From contig OZ024754.1 of assembly GCA_964016885.1 (NCBI GenBank), positions 38,936,001-39,000,000 of the forward strand: 64,000 nt of DNA, written 5' to 3'. The notes under the pieces were generated by a model, which was not told the origin of the DNA, searched no databases, and saw nothing but the letters and a program-made list of their open reading frames with translations. This DNA is from Eledone cirrhosa. Taxonomy: Eukaryota. Of this stretch, positions 1 through 17,158 are shown piece after piece; the first letter of the stretch is position 1, and each line of letters opens with the position of its first letter. Position numbers and translations under genes: made by a program.

Positions 1-3731
<3,731 letters not shown>

Positions 3732-4262
3732 TTCCTCATGGGGTGCGACTGACAGTTCAGCAGAAGAACCAGAATCAGACCAAAAATCACAACCAAGAAA
3801 AACAAACAACCAAACTAAAAAAAAGAATTTTTAAAAAAACCAAAACAAATAAAAAAAAAAATGATCTAAGAGGCAAAATAGAGGGGGAGGGGTAAAACAA
3901 AAAGCACAAAATAATAATAATGGGGGGGGGTGGCTAAAACCACAAACCAAAAAAAAAACACTAAAGCAAACGCAAAACAACTATAAAATAAAAACTTCTC
4001 AGGCATCTACACACCAAATACAAACCATACAGTAAGCTAGTGAGGTGTTTTTTTTAATTATTTTTGGTTGTTTTGTTGCTGTTGTTTTTTTGAGGGGGTG
4101 GGGACAGATGCCCCCTCTCCCCCAACACACACACACACACACAAAAAGCAAAGAAAAACTAAAGTACAAAAGAAAGAAACCAAAATCTTCTTCAGTAGAA
4201 AGTGAAACCCAAAGCAGTGATGGTTAGAGGAAGCTTAATCAACGATGAGATGAAATGATGGA

Positions 4263-4359
4263 ATACACACATACATGTATACACATATACACATATACAC
4301 GCACGTATAACACACACAAACATGTACACACACGCACACACACACACAAACATGTACAC

Positions 4360-4406
<47 letters not shown>

Positions 4407-4971
4407 TGTACACACACGCACACACAAACATGTACACACACGAACATATACACACAAACACGCACGTATACACACACACAAACATGTACACACACGCACA
4501 CAAACATGTACACACACGCACATATACACACAAACACGCACGTATACACACATGTATACACACACACACATATATATAAACACACATACACGTATACACA
4601 CATGTATACACACACACATATATATATATATATATTACACACACACGTATACACACATGTATACACACACACACACATATATATATATATTACACACATA
4701 CACGTATACACACACACACACACATATATATATATTACACACATACACGTATACACACATGTATACACACACACATATATATATATAAACACACATACAC
4801 GTATACACACATGTATACACACACACACACATATATATATAAACACACATACACGTATACACACATGTATACACACACACACACACACATATATATATAT
4901 TACACACATACACGTATACACACATGTATACACACACACACACACATATATATAAACACACATACACACAT
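4263..4971. repeat. Compound (CA)/(TA) minisatellite with ACACGTATACACACATGTATACAC-type units
   Basis: Repeated catgtacaca/cgtatacaca motifs embedded in CA runs. Confidence 0.9.
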
Positions 4972-5376
4972 ATGAGGGAGATAGGGAACTTCATGAGGTG
5001 AGTAGTTAAATAGATAGGCATTTTAATAGGAAGATAGGTAGGCAGGGCGATAGGTAGGTGGGTGGGTGGGTTATTTAGGTAGGTAGGTAGCGAATTATAA
5101 AGGGGCGTTATAATCTCCAGTTACCACCAAAGCAAGCAAGGGTTGTAAGTATTTGGGGATATATAGATACACCTGCTGGGTATCTCTATGTAAACCTGCT
5201 GGGGTACCTGTTCCAGGTAGGTAGAAGTAAGCAGAAAGGTCGTTGTAGTGGTAAAGGAGGAGAGCAGTGAGGGTTTTTGATATGGTAAGCAGCCAGATGG
5301 AATGGAATGGATTTTAAGAACCAAATCACTGAACATGCAAAACCTTTCCTCATTCCCAACATTTTGAAGAACTTAC

Positions 5377-5418
5377 TCAAAGAACTTTCGAGTTCTTCAT
5401 TCGATGCGGCAACTTCTT
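5377..5418 (-). CDS. Candidate 42-nt exon of an unidentified minus-strand gene (phase 1: EEVAASNEELESSL; phase 0: KKLPHRMKNSKVL*)
   Basis: Acceptor tttctacctttttatag| and consensus donor |gtaagt; unique sequence; length is a multiple of 3. Confidence 0.5.
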   Translation of the reverse strand, partial: KKLPHRMKNSKVL

Positions 5419-5654
5419 CTATAAAAAGGTAGAAATAATAAGCCTTGTTAATTCATAATTAAGTGGACTAATTTTATTTCTTTTTAATTAAATGAAGCAA
5501 GACAGAAAAAATAAGTTCTTTGTGAAAAATATCGGAACTTTAAAAAATGTTTTTAGTAGGTATATATGGAGGAGCAGGAAACCTGACTTGATTTGATGTT
5601 CTGTATAAGACTCTACCTTCCCTATCACCCATGCCAGTATAAACCTCTTGCCAC

Positions 5655-5925
5655 ATGATGGTAACATACAACTGACCTTTCGTTCGTAGGGAGAAACCCT
5701 TCACTGTCAACAGAGGAAGTAGCTCCCTAAACTTCTTCCAACCCATCCTTATTCTAGATACTAAGGCATCAGAGCAGCCTCCTCCCTTGCTAATCTGATC
5801 AACTAGATATTGGAAGTTATGAACCACCTCTATAGATCCTACCTGCATTTGAAAAATGAGCCTATCACTGACACTTCTTCTATCAATTTTCCCTGAACAT
5901 CTACTACATATAAAGTTTTCAATCC
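5655..5925 (-). mobile_element. RTE-clade LINE reverse-transcriptase C-terminal fragment
   Basis: IEVVHNFQYLVDQISKGGGCSDALVSRIRMGWKKFRELLPLL...KGQLY resembles the 'V..F.YLG....RI..aW..F' thumb region of RTE ORF2. Confidence 0.85.
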
Positions 5926-6088
5926 TCGAGGTAATAATAAACAAATGCTCGATTTATTTCAATTGATCTCATTATAAAGAATTTTTCGTTACAAACATTT
6001 TTTTAATTTCGTTATAATGGAATTTCACTGTATATATATATATATATACGATATTAACAAATGGAAACTATATTTATAAAACCATATT

Positions 6089-6153
6089 TATTTCATTATA
6101 CATATTTCAAGGACACCAAGTTAAATTATGGTGTGCTTTCATCAGATAAAATA
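6089..6153 (-). ncRNA. Type I minimal hammerhead ribozyme (inverted arm copy)
   Basis: Reverse complement: tattttat-CTGATGA-aagcacacca...tggtgtcctt-GAAA-tatgtata-atgaaata. Confidence 0.78.
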
Positions 6154-6260
6154 TAATATAAATCAGTTTTATAAATAAATATTGACATACCCTTAAAAAA
6201 TGCAATGGTTGCATTTTTTAAGGGTATGTCAATATTTATTTATAAAACTGATCTATATTG

Positions 6261-6325
6261 TATTTTGTCTGATGAAAGCACACCATAATTTAACGTGGTG
6301 TCCTTGAAATATGTATAATAAAATA
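6261..6325 (+). ncRNA. Type I minimal hammerhead ribozyme
   Basis: Stem I tattttgt/ataaaata; CTGATGA 6269-6275; stem II aagcacacca/tggtgtcctt; GAAA 6306-6309; T-atgt-A, AUA triplet, predicted cut after 6317. Confidence 0.8.
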
Positions 6326-6452
6326 AATATGGTTTTATAAATATAGTTTCCATTTGTTAATATCGTATGTTTACTCCAAATACTTGTTGAGTGCTTTATA
6401 TCAGTTATAAAAATATTTGCTTGTTGCATCCCAACAATTTAAATAGAACTTT

Positions 6453-6504
<52 letters not shown>

Positions 6505-6848
6505 CACCAACCAACTTAAGTCAGTTGAACTTACTAAGTGTCCTAGTCTTTGCTCTGGTATTTGAAATAGTAGTCTAATAGCAACAATAATTGGTGTGTG
6601 TTTCTATTAATACGGGTAATATTAATAGAAACTTAACTATTGTTAACTACTAACTGAACAAATACTTTCTCCCTACCCCGCCTCTCTCTAGAAACAGTTA
6701 TTTCTAAAAATGATTTGCATTTTAACCAACCCTAACATAATAATGCAGTGAGGGTGCACATCCTAGTAGTTAAGTTGTTGGTCTCATAATCCTATTGTTA
6801 TGGGTTCAATTGCCAGATTGTTCTGAGCTAAACAACAATAGCAATAAT

Positions 6849-7225
6849 AATTGTTTCTACTTTTGGCACAAGGCCAGCAATTACCCCAGTACATTACTGG
6901 TACTTTATTTTATCGACCCCGTAAGGATGGAAGGCAAAGTCAACCTCGGCGGGATTTGAACTCAGATGATCGTAAAGGGACGTAACTCTGCTGGAAAACA
7001 TGTCTGACCCTCCACCGATACTGCCAATTCACCGAATAATAATTGTTTCTACTTTAGACACAAGGCCAGCAATTACCCAGTGCATTACTGGTACTTTATT
7101 TTATCGACCCCGTAAGGATGAAAGGCAAAGTCAACCTCGGCGGGATTTGAACTCAGATCGTAAAGGGACGTAACTATGCTGGAAAGCATGGCGTCCCGCC
7201 CTCCACCGATACTGCCAATCCACCC
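6849..7225 (-). mobile_element. Two tandem copies of tRNA-derived SINE family A (~185 bp)
   Basis: Box A-like TGGCAGTATCGG, box B GAGTTCAAATCC, core GCCTTTCATCCTTACGGGGTCGATAAAATAAAGTACCAG, (ATT)n tail; more than 30 copies or fragments in the window. Confidence 0.9.
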
Positions 7226-7299
7226 GAATAATAATAAAATAGAAAAAGAACTTGATGTTGTCAACCAAGTAGACTGGAATTATTTTGCCACCAGAGACA

Positions 7300-7770
7300 C
7301 AAACAAAACTTTTATATCAGTCTTATGTAGCAGTCATATATTGTAGTCTTATAGTCATGAATCTTTGGTAATAACCAAAAGAATATGATTGCGAATACAA
7401 GTGGTCGAGATGGGAGTTCCTCCGAAGGGTCTTTTAAGTATTGTTACTCAGAGAGTTACTCCAGGTAGAGCCCCTACTTCTCTGAATTGAGAGATCACAT
7501 CTCCGATACTATGGGCATGTGGTTAGAATGTCTCAGGACAAAAAAAAAAAAAAAAAAAAAAAAAAGGTATCGAGGGGAGAAATTTTACAGGCAAAACCAA
7601 CTGGCAGGAGGTCCAAGGATGGACCCAGAGCAATATGGTTGGATAACATCCATGAGCTTGGTTGGTCTTGCTTGGGGATCCAGCCGGATCATTTGGAGAC
7701 GGTTGCTGCTGACAGGACCTGCTGGAAGGAGTGTTTAAGGACTCTATCCCTACGACCCTCTCAGGAGTAA
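7300..7770 (+). mobile_element. Degraded RTE-clade LINE 3' end
   Basis: Frameshifted RYYGHVVRM...AKPTGRRSKDGPRAIWLDNI...VAADRTCWK, followed by simple-repeat tail. Confidence 0.8.
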
Positions 7771-8693
7771 GTAGTAGAAGAAGAAGAAGAAAAAGAAGAA
7801 GGAGAAGAAGAAAAATAAAAATAAAAATAAAAATAAAAATAAAAATAAAAATAAAAATAAAAATAAAAATAAAAATAAAAATATAAAGAAGAGAGACAGA
7901 CAGACAGAAGAGGTTGTTTCATAACTATATTTTAATATATTGGCTGTATGTATCCCGGTTTTTAGAGCAAGTACACTGTATCTGTGTGTGTTTCAAGAGG
8001 TGACTAAAAGAGTTGGTGTCAGGAAAAGGTCAACCGGCTGTTAAACTTGGCATCAAACCATCCCGTCCAACCCATGCCAGCATGGAAAATTGGACATAAA
8101 AACGATAATTGTTTCTACTTTAGGCACAGGGCCAGCAATTACTCAGTACATTACTGGTACTTTATTTTATCGACCCCGTAAGGATGAAAGGCAAAGTCAA
8201 CCTCGGCGGAAAAACGATAATGATATTTAAAAAGGGACAGAGCCCACTGGAGTATGATATCATGTGTTGTAGCCCATTTAGCCAATATGTAAATCCAGCA
8301 ACTTGCTGGCTTAAATTAACATGATCTCATCTTTGTATTGTTGGGAACGATAGACATTGATAGTCAGATAAACAGATAGACACGTGTCGTTTGTAAGACT
8401 TATCTCTTCATTAATGATAATTAAAAAAAAAATAATAAATGAAATAAAAATAAATTACAAAATAAAATAAAAAACAAAGAAAATGCAACCGAATCAATGA
8501 TAACTACGTAATTTTCACACTGGACTTACGAGCGGTGTGAAAATTAAGTAAGTTAGCCATTATAAATCTGTTAGCTACCCGTTGGCAATGGATTAACACT
8601 TTAATGCTGAGATTGTCAAATAAATCAGAGAAGGCTCACAGAAAATTTATAATTAAATCTTCCTATATATATATATATATATGGGTGTGTGTG

Positions 8694-8725
<32 letters not shown>

Positions 8726-8769
8726 TGTATGTATGTATGTGTGTGGGTGTGTGTGGGTGTGTGTGTGTG

Positions 8770-9032
8770 TACGGCCAAGCAAGTCTCTTCTACTATAGCA
8801 CCAGATTGACTAATGCCTTGTGAGTGAAATTTGGTCGACGAAACCTGCGTGTGTACGTGTGTGTGTATGTTCACGCTTGTGTCCTATAACTTAGTGGTCC
8901 GTCAAAAGGAGATCGATAAATTGATTACGGCTTGAAAGAAATACGCACTGGAGTCGAAATAATCGACTAAATCTCTTCATGGCGGTGCCCCAGTATGGCC
9001 ACAGTCTAATTAGTGATGTCAATAAAAGAATA
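8770..9032 (+). mobile_element. SINE fragment (family with CTATAGC...GCCTTGTGAGTGAAATTTGG core); relatives near 35275-35575, 47740-48030, 53395-53630
   Basis: Shared motifs with other copies; 3' end ggtgccccagtatggccacagtc. Confidence 0.65.
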
Positions 9033-9355
9033 AAATTAAAAAAATATTGAAGTGTGTGTGGGGGGAGGGGGGAATAGATACGTATAAAAATGTATTAGTT
9101 ATGTTGGATAAAAAAAAAATATTCTTTTTGCGAGTTGCCTTATTTTTAATTGAGGACAACGAGAGTTATCGCCCATTACTAACAGTTTTTATTTGACTTA
9201 TAGATGCAGTTAAGACTGGATTGGTAGGATGAGTAAAAAGTCGGACTGAATAGTTTGGAGTATTTAGCTACATTTCTTTAGGTTCCTAGTTCAAATCTTG
9301 TAGGGGTATATTTGGGATTTTATCCTTCTAGAATGTTTACAACCTGTAAAACATA

Positions 9356-9545
9356 TAATAATGAAATGATTATGTACAGTGCTCAGGTGCACTACAACTC
9401 ATCAAAGGTGCATGTATAGTACATAGAATAATGTACAAATGTCAGGAAAATGAACAGTGTACAAGTCATGAAATACATATGTGCGTGTGTATGGAGGGGG
9501 GGGGACATCAGGTGTAGTGTTGGCGAATCTCAGGAAGCGTGGAGG
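9356..9545 (-). mobile_element. CR1/L2-type LINE 3' UTR fragment
   Basis: Reverse complement matches 24408-24735, which follows a CR1-type ORF2 end. Confidence 0.75.
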
Positions 9546-9547
9546 TT

Positions 9548-9795
9548 AGCCATACAATGCATTGAAAATTAAAGGTCCCAAGATTGTGATAGAATTTTAC
9601 CTTAGCAAGTTTAATTGTCGCCAAATATTTTCGGGTTTAATAACCCATTATCAAGAGAGGATTCGTGTGAAGGTCTTCAAGGACGAGTCTTGATAATGGG
9701 TTATTAAACCCGAAAATATTTGGTATAATTAAATTTGCTAAGGTAAAATTCTATCACTTTCTTGGCACCTTTAATTTTCAATGCATTGTATGGCT
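9548..9795. repeat. ~108-bp inverted repeat with 31-nt spacer and degenerate hammerhead-like core
   Basis: Arms 9548-9656 and 9688-9795; TTGATAA-tgggtt-att-aaaccc-GAAA. Confidence 0.75.
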
Positions 9796-10326
9796 TTTAA
9801 ACTTATTTAAATTTATATTTCCTATTCAACAATACTTCAAGCAAACTGCAATACTCTGTTGTATATACCAATGTATCACACACATACACACACACAACCT
9901 GTAAAACATATATACCAGTGTATACACAGACCCCCCCCACACACACACACACACATACACAATCAGTAACACATATATACCAGTGTATGTTTTAACAATA
10001 TCCACATTATGATATAACACACATAAACAGACAGATGCATGCACACACACACAGAGACAGATGCACACGCACACACACAGACACATACACGAACACATAT
10101 AGACACACACAGACACATAAACATACACATATAGACACACACACATACAGACAGACACTCACAGACACATACAGACAGACAGACACTCACACACACACAC
10201 AGAGACAGACACACACTGAGGATTTATTGATCATTTGTATTATTTTTAGCATTGAAGTGAAAATATAAAAAAGCAGGACCAGCTTAGCTTAAATTGTTTT
10301 GTAGGCAACATGAGGTCATGATGAGT

Positions 10327-10677
10327 CATCATCATCATCAATTCATTTTACGTCCACTTTTCCCTGCTTGCAAGGGTGGGATGGGAACTGATTCTGGCTT
10401 GATTTCTACAGCTGGATGCCCTTCCTAACACCAACCTCATTTACAGTGAGTGCTGGGTGCTTTTTTGCCGTGGCACCTCCACGACCACTTTACAGTGGAA
10501 TGATAGGGACCCCAGTCCCTAAAGTCCCTATCATCTCATTTCTACAGCTGAGTAAACTGGAGCAATGTGAAATAAAGTCTCTTGCTCAAGGAAACAACAC
10601 ATCACCCGGTCTGAGAATTGAACTCACAACCTTTTGATTGGAAGGCCAATGCTCTAACCACTAAGCCATGTGCCTCC
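10327..10677 (-). mobile_element. SINE family B (~345 bp; tRNA head, TCCTTGAGCAAG core, RTE-like tail ending (GAT)n)
   Basis: Box A TGGCTTAGTGG, box B GAGTTCAATTC; near-identical copies at 15833, 30072, 46059, 59803. Confidence 0.9.
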
Positions 10678-11569
10678 ATAGATCGTGATAATAATTGTTT
10701 CTACTTTAGGCACAAGGCCAGCAATTACCCAGTGCATTACTGGTACTTTATTTTATCGACCCCCGTAAGGATGAAAGGCAAAGTCAACCTTGGCGGGATT
10801 TGAACTCAGATCATAAAGGGACGTAACTATGCTGTAAAGCATGGCGTCCGACCCTCTACCGATACTGTCAATCCACCGCCCTAGATAGTGATAATAATAA
10901 TAATAGTCACCAACAGAAGCAGACCTATAATAATCATCATCATCATCACAATGGCATTTTTGAAACAATCAGGTGGCTATATTTATTAAGGAGATTACAA
11001 TGTAGACACTACATGTATAAGGAGTAGAGGAAGGGAGGGTGGGATATGTAGAGAGAGAGAGAGAGAGAGAGATTACATATCAAGGAAAGTTTTACTGCAG
11101 CCTCTGAGCTAATTTTGCTTCACTTCCTGCTTTCCACATTCCTTTCTATATATATTATTTAACCACCAAAGAATATTCTAACTATTACAAGAAATAATAA
11201 TACTATTATCAATAATGATGAAGTAATGCCATTTACCTCAACCTATAAACACAATCTCTTACAACTTTGCTCATTAAAATTACCTCACGTATGTTCTTTG
11301 TTAAATTCTTGCCAATGTCCAACACTTGATATTGTGTTTGTTCTTATGATTTGTATCTGGTTAAACTTTACCCCTTTTTGTAATTCCCGATGATATGCAG
11401 ATGTTATATGTATTATGTTTTGTCTAAATAATTAGTAATTAACTCTTTCTGATTAACTTATTGTTTACATATGCATGTAAGTATGTAAAAATTATTAAAC
11501 TATAAGAATGGATTTAAGTTGTTAACTTTGGGTTTCTTCATTTTATATATATATATATATACATATATA

Positions 11570-11898
11570 TATACGATATTAAATAAATGGAAACTATATT
11601 TATAAAACCATATTTATTTCATTATACATATTTCAGGGATACCAAATTAAAATATGGTATGCCTTCATCAGACAAAATACAATATATAAACAGTTTTATA
11701 AATAATTTTGACGTACCCTATTAGATGTGACCATTATTTTTGGAAGCTGTCTGGATATAATGAAATAAATATGGTTTTATAAATATAGTTTCCATTTATT
11801 TAATATCGTATATCTACTCCAAAAACTTGTCGAGTGCTTTATATCAGTTATAAAATATTTACTTGTTGTATCCCAACAATTTTAAATAGAACTTTTGC
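11570..11898. mobile_element. Penelope-like pLTR fold-back element, same family as 6046-6456
   Basis: Same arm and tail sequence; partial inverted arms 11570-11626 and 11756-11812; (TA)n on both sides. Confidence 0.78.
11615..11679 (-). ncRNA. Type I minimal hammerhead ribozyme
   Basis: Reverse complement: tattttgt-CTGATGA-aggcatacca...tggtatccct-GAAA-tatgtata-atgaaata; two compensatory pair changes versus the 6261 copy. Confidence 0.8.
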
Positions 11899-11956
11899 AT
11901 ACATATATATATATATATAGATATATATATAGATATATATATATATATATATCTAA

Positions 11957-12232
11957 AGTGTCTGTCTTAAGCCATAAGGCTCATTTAGCCGGCGCTTTTC
12001 CCCGGTTTCATGGCGTGAAGCGACTGAGAGTACAAGACTCCCCCCTGGACAGGACGCCAGTCCATCGCAGGGTTAAATCCCCAGTTATTGCTGGTACTCA
12101 TTTTCACCTGAGTATACTGGAGCAACGTGAAATGAAGTGTTTTGCTCAAGAATACAACACGGAACCTAAGAATCGAACCCACAACATTATGATCTAAGTC
12201 CAACACCCTTACCACTAGGCTACGCTCCTCCA
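11957..12232 (-). mobile_element. SINE family C (V-SINE-like domain); other copies at 40194-40391 and 62080-62191
   Basis: CTCCCCCTGGACAGGACGCCAGTCCATCGCAGG domain; tRNA head with GGTTCGATTC box B. Confidence 0.8.
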
Positions 12233-12239
12233 CATGTGT

Positions 12240-12288
<49 letters not shown>

Positions 12289-12555
12289 TGACAGTGATTA
12301 TTTCTATTTATATTAACTCTTAGCATCCAGCAATGGTTTAGCAGTAAATGTTTAAAAAACAAAAACAGGTTTGCTAATTAAATGTTGCTAGATCACTACT
12401 GATCAGATTACTGTGAACATTTCTAGAATTATCTCTCAATATCGTGTAATGATTTAGCAGGAAAATATCTAGAATTATCTCTCAATATCGTGTAATGATT
12501 TAGCAGGAAAATATCTAAACAGGTTTGTTGTTTAAAACGATTATAGTATCTTTAC

Positions 12556-12618
12556 TCTTGGACAGATTTCATAAGCAAACTGTTCTGTTTTTCCAACTGG
12601 AACACTTGTCATTGGAAT
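12556..12618 (-). CDS. Candidate 63-nt exon (phase 0: IPMTSVPVGKTEQFAYEICPR)
   Basis: cctttgcag| ... |gtaaag; only one open frame; unique sequence. Confidence 0.3.
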
Positions 12619-12747
12619 CTGCAAAGGTTATATAATTAACCATTTCATGACCATATTTCTAATGAAATACACTGCATTTGAATTAATTAATAAAGAATTT
12701 GAGGGGATTACTAAAATTATTAATTATTTCATTGCTAAGATAGTAAC

Positions 12748-12967
12748 TTAATCCTTTAGCATTTAAACCGGCTGTATTCTCTCACCTCTTTCTGTTCAAA
12801 CTGGCTGTAACAGGCCACTCATACTGATGTTAAGGTATTGTTCTCAAAATAAATAACATCAAAATCTCATAGATTCGATATTATGTGAGATAATTATGTG
12901 AGATAAAGCCTTTACCACAAAAATACAATAGTGTATATATAGAGTAATGTAAATGCTAAAGGGTTAA
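12748..12967 (+). mobile_element. piggyBac-type MITE family 1, nested in a family-2 MITE (~12637-13096)
   Basis: TTAA-(C/T)CCTTTAGCATTT ... AAATGCTAAAGGG-TTAA. Confidence 0.8.
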
Positions 12968-13269
12968 TGTAAATGCTAAAGGGTTCTTAAATCAAATTAT
13001 GTTGAAAGATATTAATTTAAATAGAAACCCTTCAAAATAGTGATTTTGATTCATAGAACCAGAGCTAAATATAGGTAGGTTGGTATCAAAGGGGTAACAT
13101 ATTTGTATGTCTCTACCCCCTCTTTCCTTATCTGTACCCCCTATACTGCCCCCCATGTACCAATTTACATGCTGCTACTTAAATGTTTCAAAATGTCATA
13201 AACTATAATTAAGACTTGTGAGAGGTTTCACTGAAATACTGTCAGGTCCTCCCCTCCCTCTCTCATATA

Positions 13270-13316
<47 letters not shown>

Positions 13317-13404
13317 AGGCACTCCATGGTTTGGTTGGCTAACTTTTATCTAAGAAGGACATCTGAAAATAGAACAATAAAACAACAACACCATCACTAA
13401 TAAT

Positions 13405-14451
13405 GTCACCACCACCAACAACACAGCCGCCACCACCACCACCACCATCACTACAACCACCACCACCACCACCACCATCACTACAACCACCACCACCACC
13501 ACCACCACAATCACTACAACCACCACCACCACCATCACTACAATCACCACCACCACCACCACCACCATCACTACAACCACCACCACCACCATCACTACAA
13601 CCACCACCACCACTACAACCACCACCACCACCATCACTACAATCACCACCACCATCACTACAACCACCACCACCACCACCACCATCACTACAACCACCAC
13701 CACCACCACCACCACAATCACTACAACCACCACCACCACCATCACTACAACCACCACCATCACTACAATCACCACCACCACCACCACCACCATCACTACA
13801 ACCACCACCACCACCATCACTACAACCACCACCATCACTACAATCATCACCACCACCACCACCACTACAGCCACCACCACCACCACCACCACTACAACCA
13901 CCACCACCACCACAACCACCACCACCACCATCACCACCATCACTACAACCACCACCACCATCACTACAATCACCACCACCATCACTACAATCACCACCAC
14001 CATCACTACAACCACCACCACCATCACTACAACCACCACCACCATCACTACAGCCACCACCACCACCACCATCACTACAACCACCACCACCACCACCACC
14101 ACCATCACTACAACCACCACCACCACCACCACCATCACTACAGCCACCACCACCACCACCATCACTACAACCACCACCACCACCACCACCATCACTACAA
14201 TCACCACCACCACCACCACCACTACAGCCACCACCACCACCACTACAACCACCACCACCACCACCACCACTACAGCCACCACCACCACCATCACTACAAC
14301 CACCACCACCACCACCACCACTACAACCACCACCACCACCATCACCACCATCACTACAACCACTACCACCACCACCACCACTACAACCACCACCACCACC
14401 ACCACCATCACTACAACCACCACCACCACCACCACCACCACTATCACAACA
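13405..14451. repeat. (ACC)n compound minisatellite with ATCACTACA interruptions
   Basis: Direct reading; gives poly-P and poly-V ORFs. Confidence 0.95.
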
Positions 14452-14636
14452 TCACTGATTAAGTGACAGAAGTATTCATGGAAAGTACAGCAGTTTTAAA
14501 GGAGTCGTCACCTTCAGCTAAATGTATGACGTAATATGAAGTTATTCCTTGACATGTGGCTAGCAAATGAGGTGACAGCCGCCTACATCATAGAAGGGCT
14601 TTATTACTAGACTCATTCATGCAACACAAATTATCA

Positions 14637-14675
<39 letters not shown>

Positions 14676-15164
14676 TGTGACCCCACCACCACCATTATCC
14701 CCCTTGACCCGGCTGTAAGGACAGTTGCTACAATTAAATAGTGCCTTGGTCTGTGACTATACATCTAGCACAAGCCAGCACGAGAAAAAAACCCCCAAAA
14801 AACCAGATGGTTGGTGATGATGATGATGATGATTATATATCATCATCATCATCATCATCATTTAACGTCTATCTTCCATGCTAGCATGGGTTAGCCGGTT
14901 AGGTTCCAATTGATGCGGGAATGGTCGGGAGACCATGCATCGTTCACACAGAAGCGTCTCTGGCAGGTTTTTTTTACAGTTGAATGCCCTTCCTAACACC
15001 ATAAATGGATATATGTGTATATATAATCATTGTATTACGTCTATTTTCCTGATCAAGTAGACGTATGATCGAAGTGTTCCAGCCATGACTACTGGACAGT
15101 CATTGTAGTCATTAAAAAAAAAAACACTACAAACTGTTTTTCATTGCACTGTTTATATATATAT

Positions 15165-15505
15165 ACACCCGCCTCTTAATGAGAGTGCAAAACCTATCCT
15201 GGAAACGACATCCCACCTTGTCTAAAATCTATGGCAAACTCCCTCGAGCCTCTGCCCTTCTAAAATCCCGGAGAGCTCAATTTGCTGGCCACTGTCACCG
15301 TGCCAGCAATGAAATCATATCCGCTCTCTTGCTCTGGAACCCTGACTCCAGCCTGACTGGGAGTAGGAAGCTGTCATTCCCTGACGTTATCTCTAGGGAT
15401 ACGGGAATCAGTAGACAGGACCTGGGGGCAGCGATGGGGGACAGGGAATTCTGGGGCATGAGAGTGAGATCCATCATCTCGACAGTAGTCGACGAATGAT
15501 GATGA
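15165..15505 (+). mobile_element. RTE-clade LINE ORF2 C-terminus, 5'-truncated
   Basis: RVQNLSWKRHPT...RRAQFAGHCHRA...AMGDREFW then (GAT)n tail. Confidence 0.85.
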
Positions 15506-15791
15506 TATATATATATATATATATCATAAAACATGTCTATAGAATCACCAGATAAAATATATACCGTTTCCTCTCCTAGTTAACCATATAAAAATCGATT
15601 AGACCAAGCTATAAGAATAAATGGTTCTATGAAGAAATCTCCGACAAATAACCGAAAGCAGCCCTTCACGGCAGTTGCGACGGAGTATTTATCGAGTATT
15701 TCGACAGCGTGTATAAATCGTCCAGATATACAGTCAACTAAACAGAATTAGGTGTATAATAAACTAGGAGAAAAGTGAACATATTTAGTTC

Positions 15792-15832
<41 letters not shown>

Positions 15833-15834
<2 letters not shown>

Positions 15835-16168
15835 TTTCATCATCATCATTTTACGTCCGCTTTTCCCTGCTTGCAAGAGTGGGACGGGAACTGATTCTGG
15901 CTTGATTTCTACAGCTGGATGCCCTTCCTAACACCAACCTCATTTACAGTGAGTGCTGGGTGCTTTTTTGCCGTGGCACCTCCACGACCACTTTGCAGTG
16001 GAATGATAGGGACCCCAGTCCCTATCATCTCATTTCTACAGCTGAGTAAACTGGAGCAATGTGAAATAAAGTGTCTTGCTCAAGGAAACAACACATCACC
16101 CGGTCTGAGAATTGAACTAACAACCTTTCGATTGCAAGGCCAATGTTCTAACCACTAAGCCATGTGCC
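15833..16168 (-). mobile_element. SINE family B
   Basis: Near-identical to 10327-10677. Confidence 0.9.
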
Positions 16169-16337
<169 letters not shown>

Positions 16338-16571
16338 GAGAGAGAAACTAATGCGGTAAAGTGGTTGGCATTGTGAAGGGCATCCAGTCATATGGAAAAG
16401 AGACATTAAACAAAGATGATGATGGTATATTTATATATTTAATCAATTAGATACATACATACACCATACAGACATACATAAATGCATGCATATACACATA
16501 CATAAATGCATACATATACACACACATATATACATGCATACATACACACACCTGTTGATTGTTATTTCTTG

Positions 16572-16945
16572 TCAGAAGAATGCCATCCCGTCAATGAACA
16601 TTGCATGGTCATATGCACGCAGGTGACTTTTCAAACCCCTTTTTATTTTGCAGGCAAATTCACAGATGTAACACTTGAACCGTCTGTCTCCTGGTAATAT
16701 CAGCTGGGGTATGTCTTCATACATTCTACCATGTCTGGTCAGTCCACTGGCTGACTTGCAAATCAAGCCACACTCACTGCAAATGTACTGAGGAGTGAGT
16801 GGTGGTAGAACCATGTCACAGGTCACTCGATTTTTCCGTAGCTTGTGTGATTTCAGATGGTTGACAAATCCAACTCTTGTTAGAAGAAATTGGCCACATT
16901 GATTCTGTTCTTTGTAAGAGTTCTCTATCAGATATTTTATCCATG
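16572..16945 (-). mobile_element. LINE (RTE-like) ORF2 C-terminal tandem C2H2 zinc-finger remnant
   Basis: CGQ...NHLKSH, CSEC...SASGLTRH, CYIC...GLKSHLRA; the 'GL.SH.R.H' finger type ends RTE-group ORF2; 5' end is cut by a SINE. Confidence 0.65.
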
Positions 16946-17033
16946 TATCATAAATACCCTCCCAATACTTATTAATTGTTTCTACTTTAGGCACAAGGCC
17001 AGCAATTACTCAGTGCATTACTGGTACTTTATT

Positions 17034-17158
17034 TAGTCTGGGACTTCACTATCCAAATGGACCACGAGTTTCAACACGACCTAATATTGTAGTTATGACA
17101 TCTGACAAGATATGGGAAGAAAACAGAATTCAAAGGAACTTTCACATAATAATAATAA
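17034..17158 (+). mobile_element. Dong/R4-type LINE fragment ending in (TAA)n
   Basis: LVWDFTIQMDHEFQH/RPNIVV resembles ILWDF.IQTD....RRPDIVV of restriction-like endonuclease LINEs. Confidence 0.65.

Larger units (their letters stand above)
6046..6456 (+). mobile_element. Penelope-like pLTR fold-back element: 160-bp inverted arms plus 88-bp tail, flanked by (TA)n
   Basis: Arms 6046-6205 and 6209-6368 with a 3-nt loop; each arm carries a hammerhead core; related copies at 11570-11898 and 39938-40045. Confidence 0.8.

Noticed and set aside
10416-10637. Recurrent MPFLTPTSFTVSAGCFF ORF (also 15919, 30160, 59709) as a small-protein family
   Set aside because: Antisense reading of SINE family B
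16572-16994. Host C2H2 zinc-finger gene
   Set aside because: No TGEKP linkers, degenerate ligands, N-terminus is SINE-derived; fits a LINE ORF2 C-terminus better
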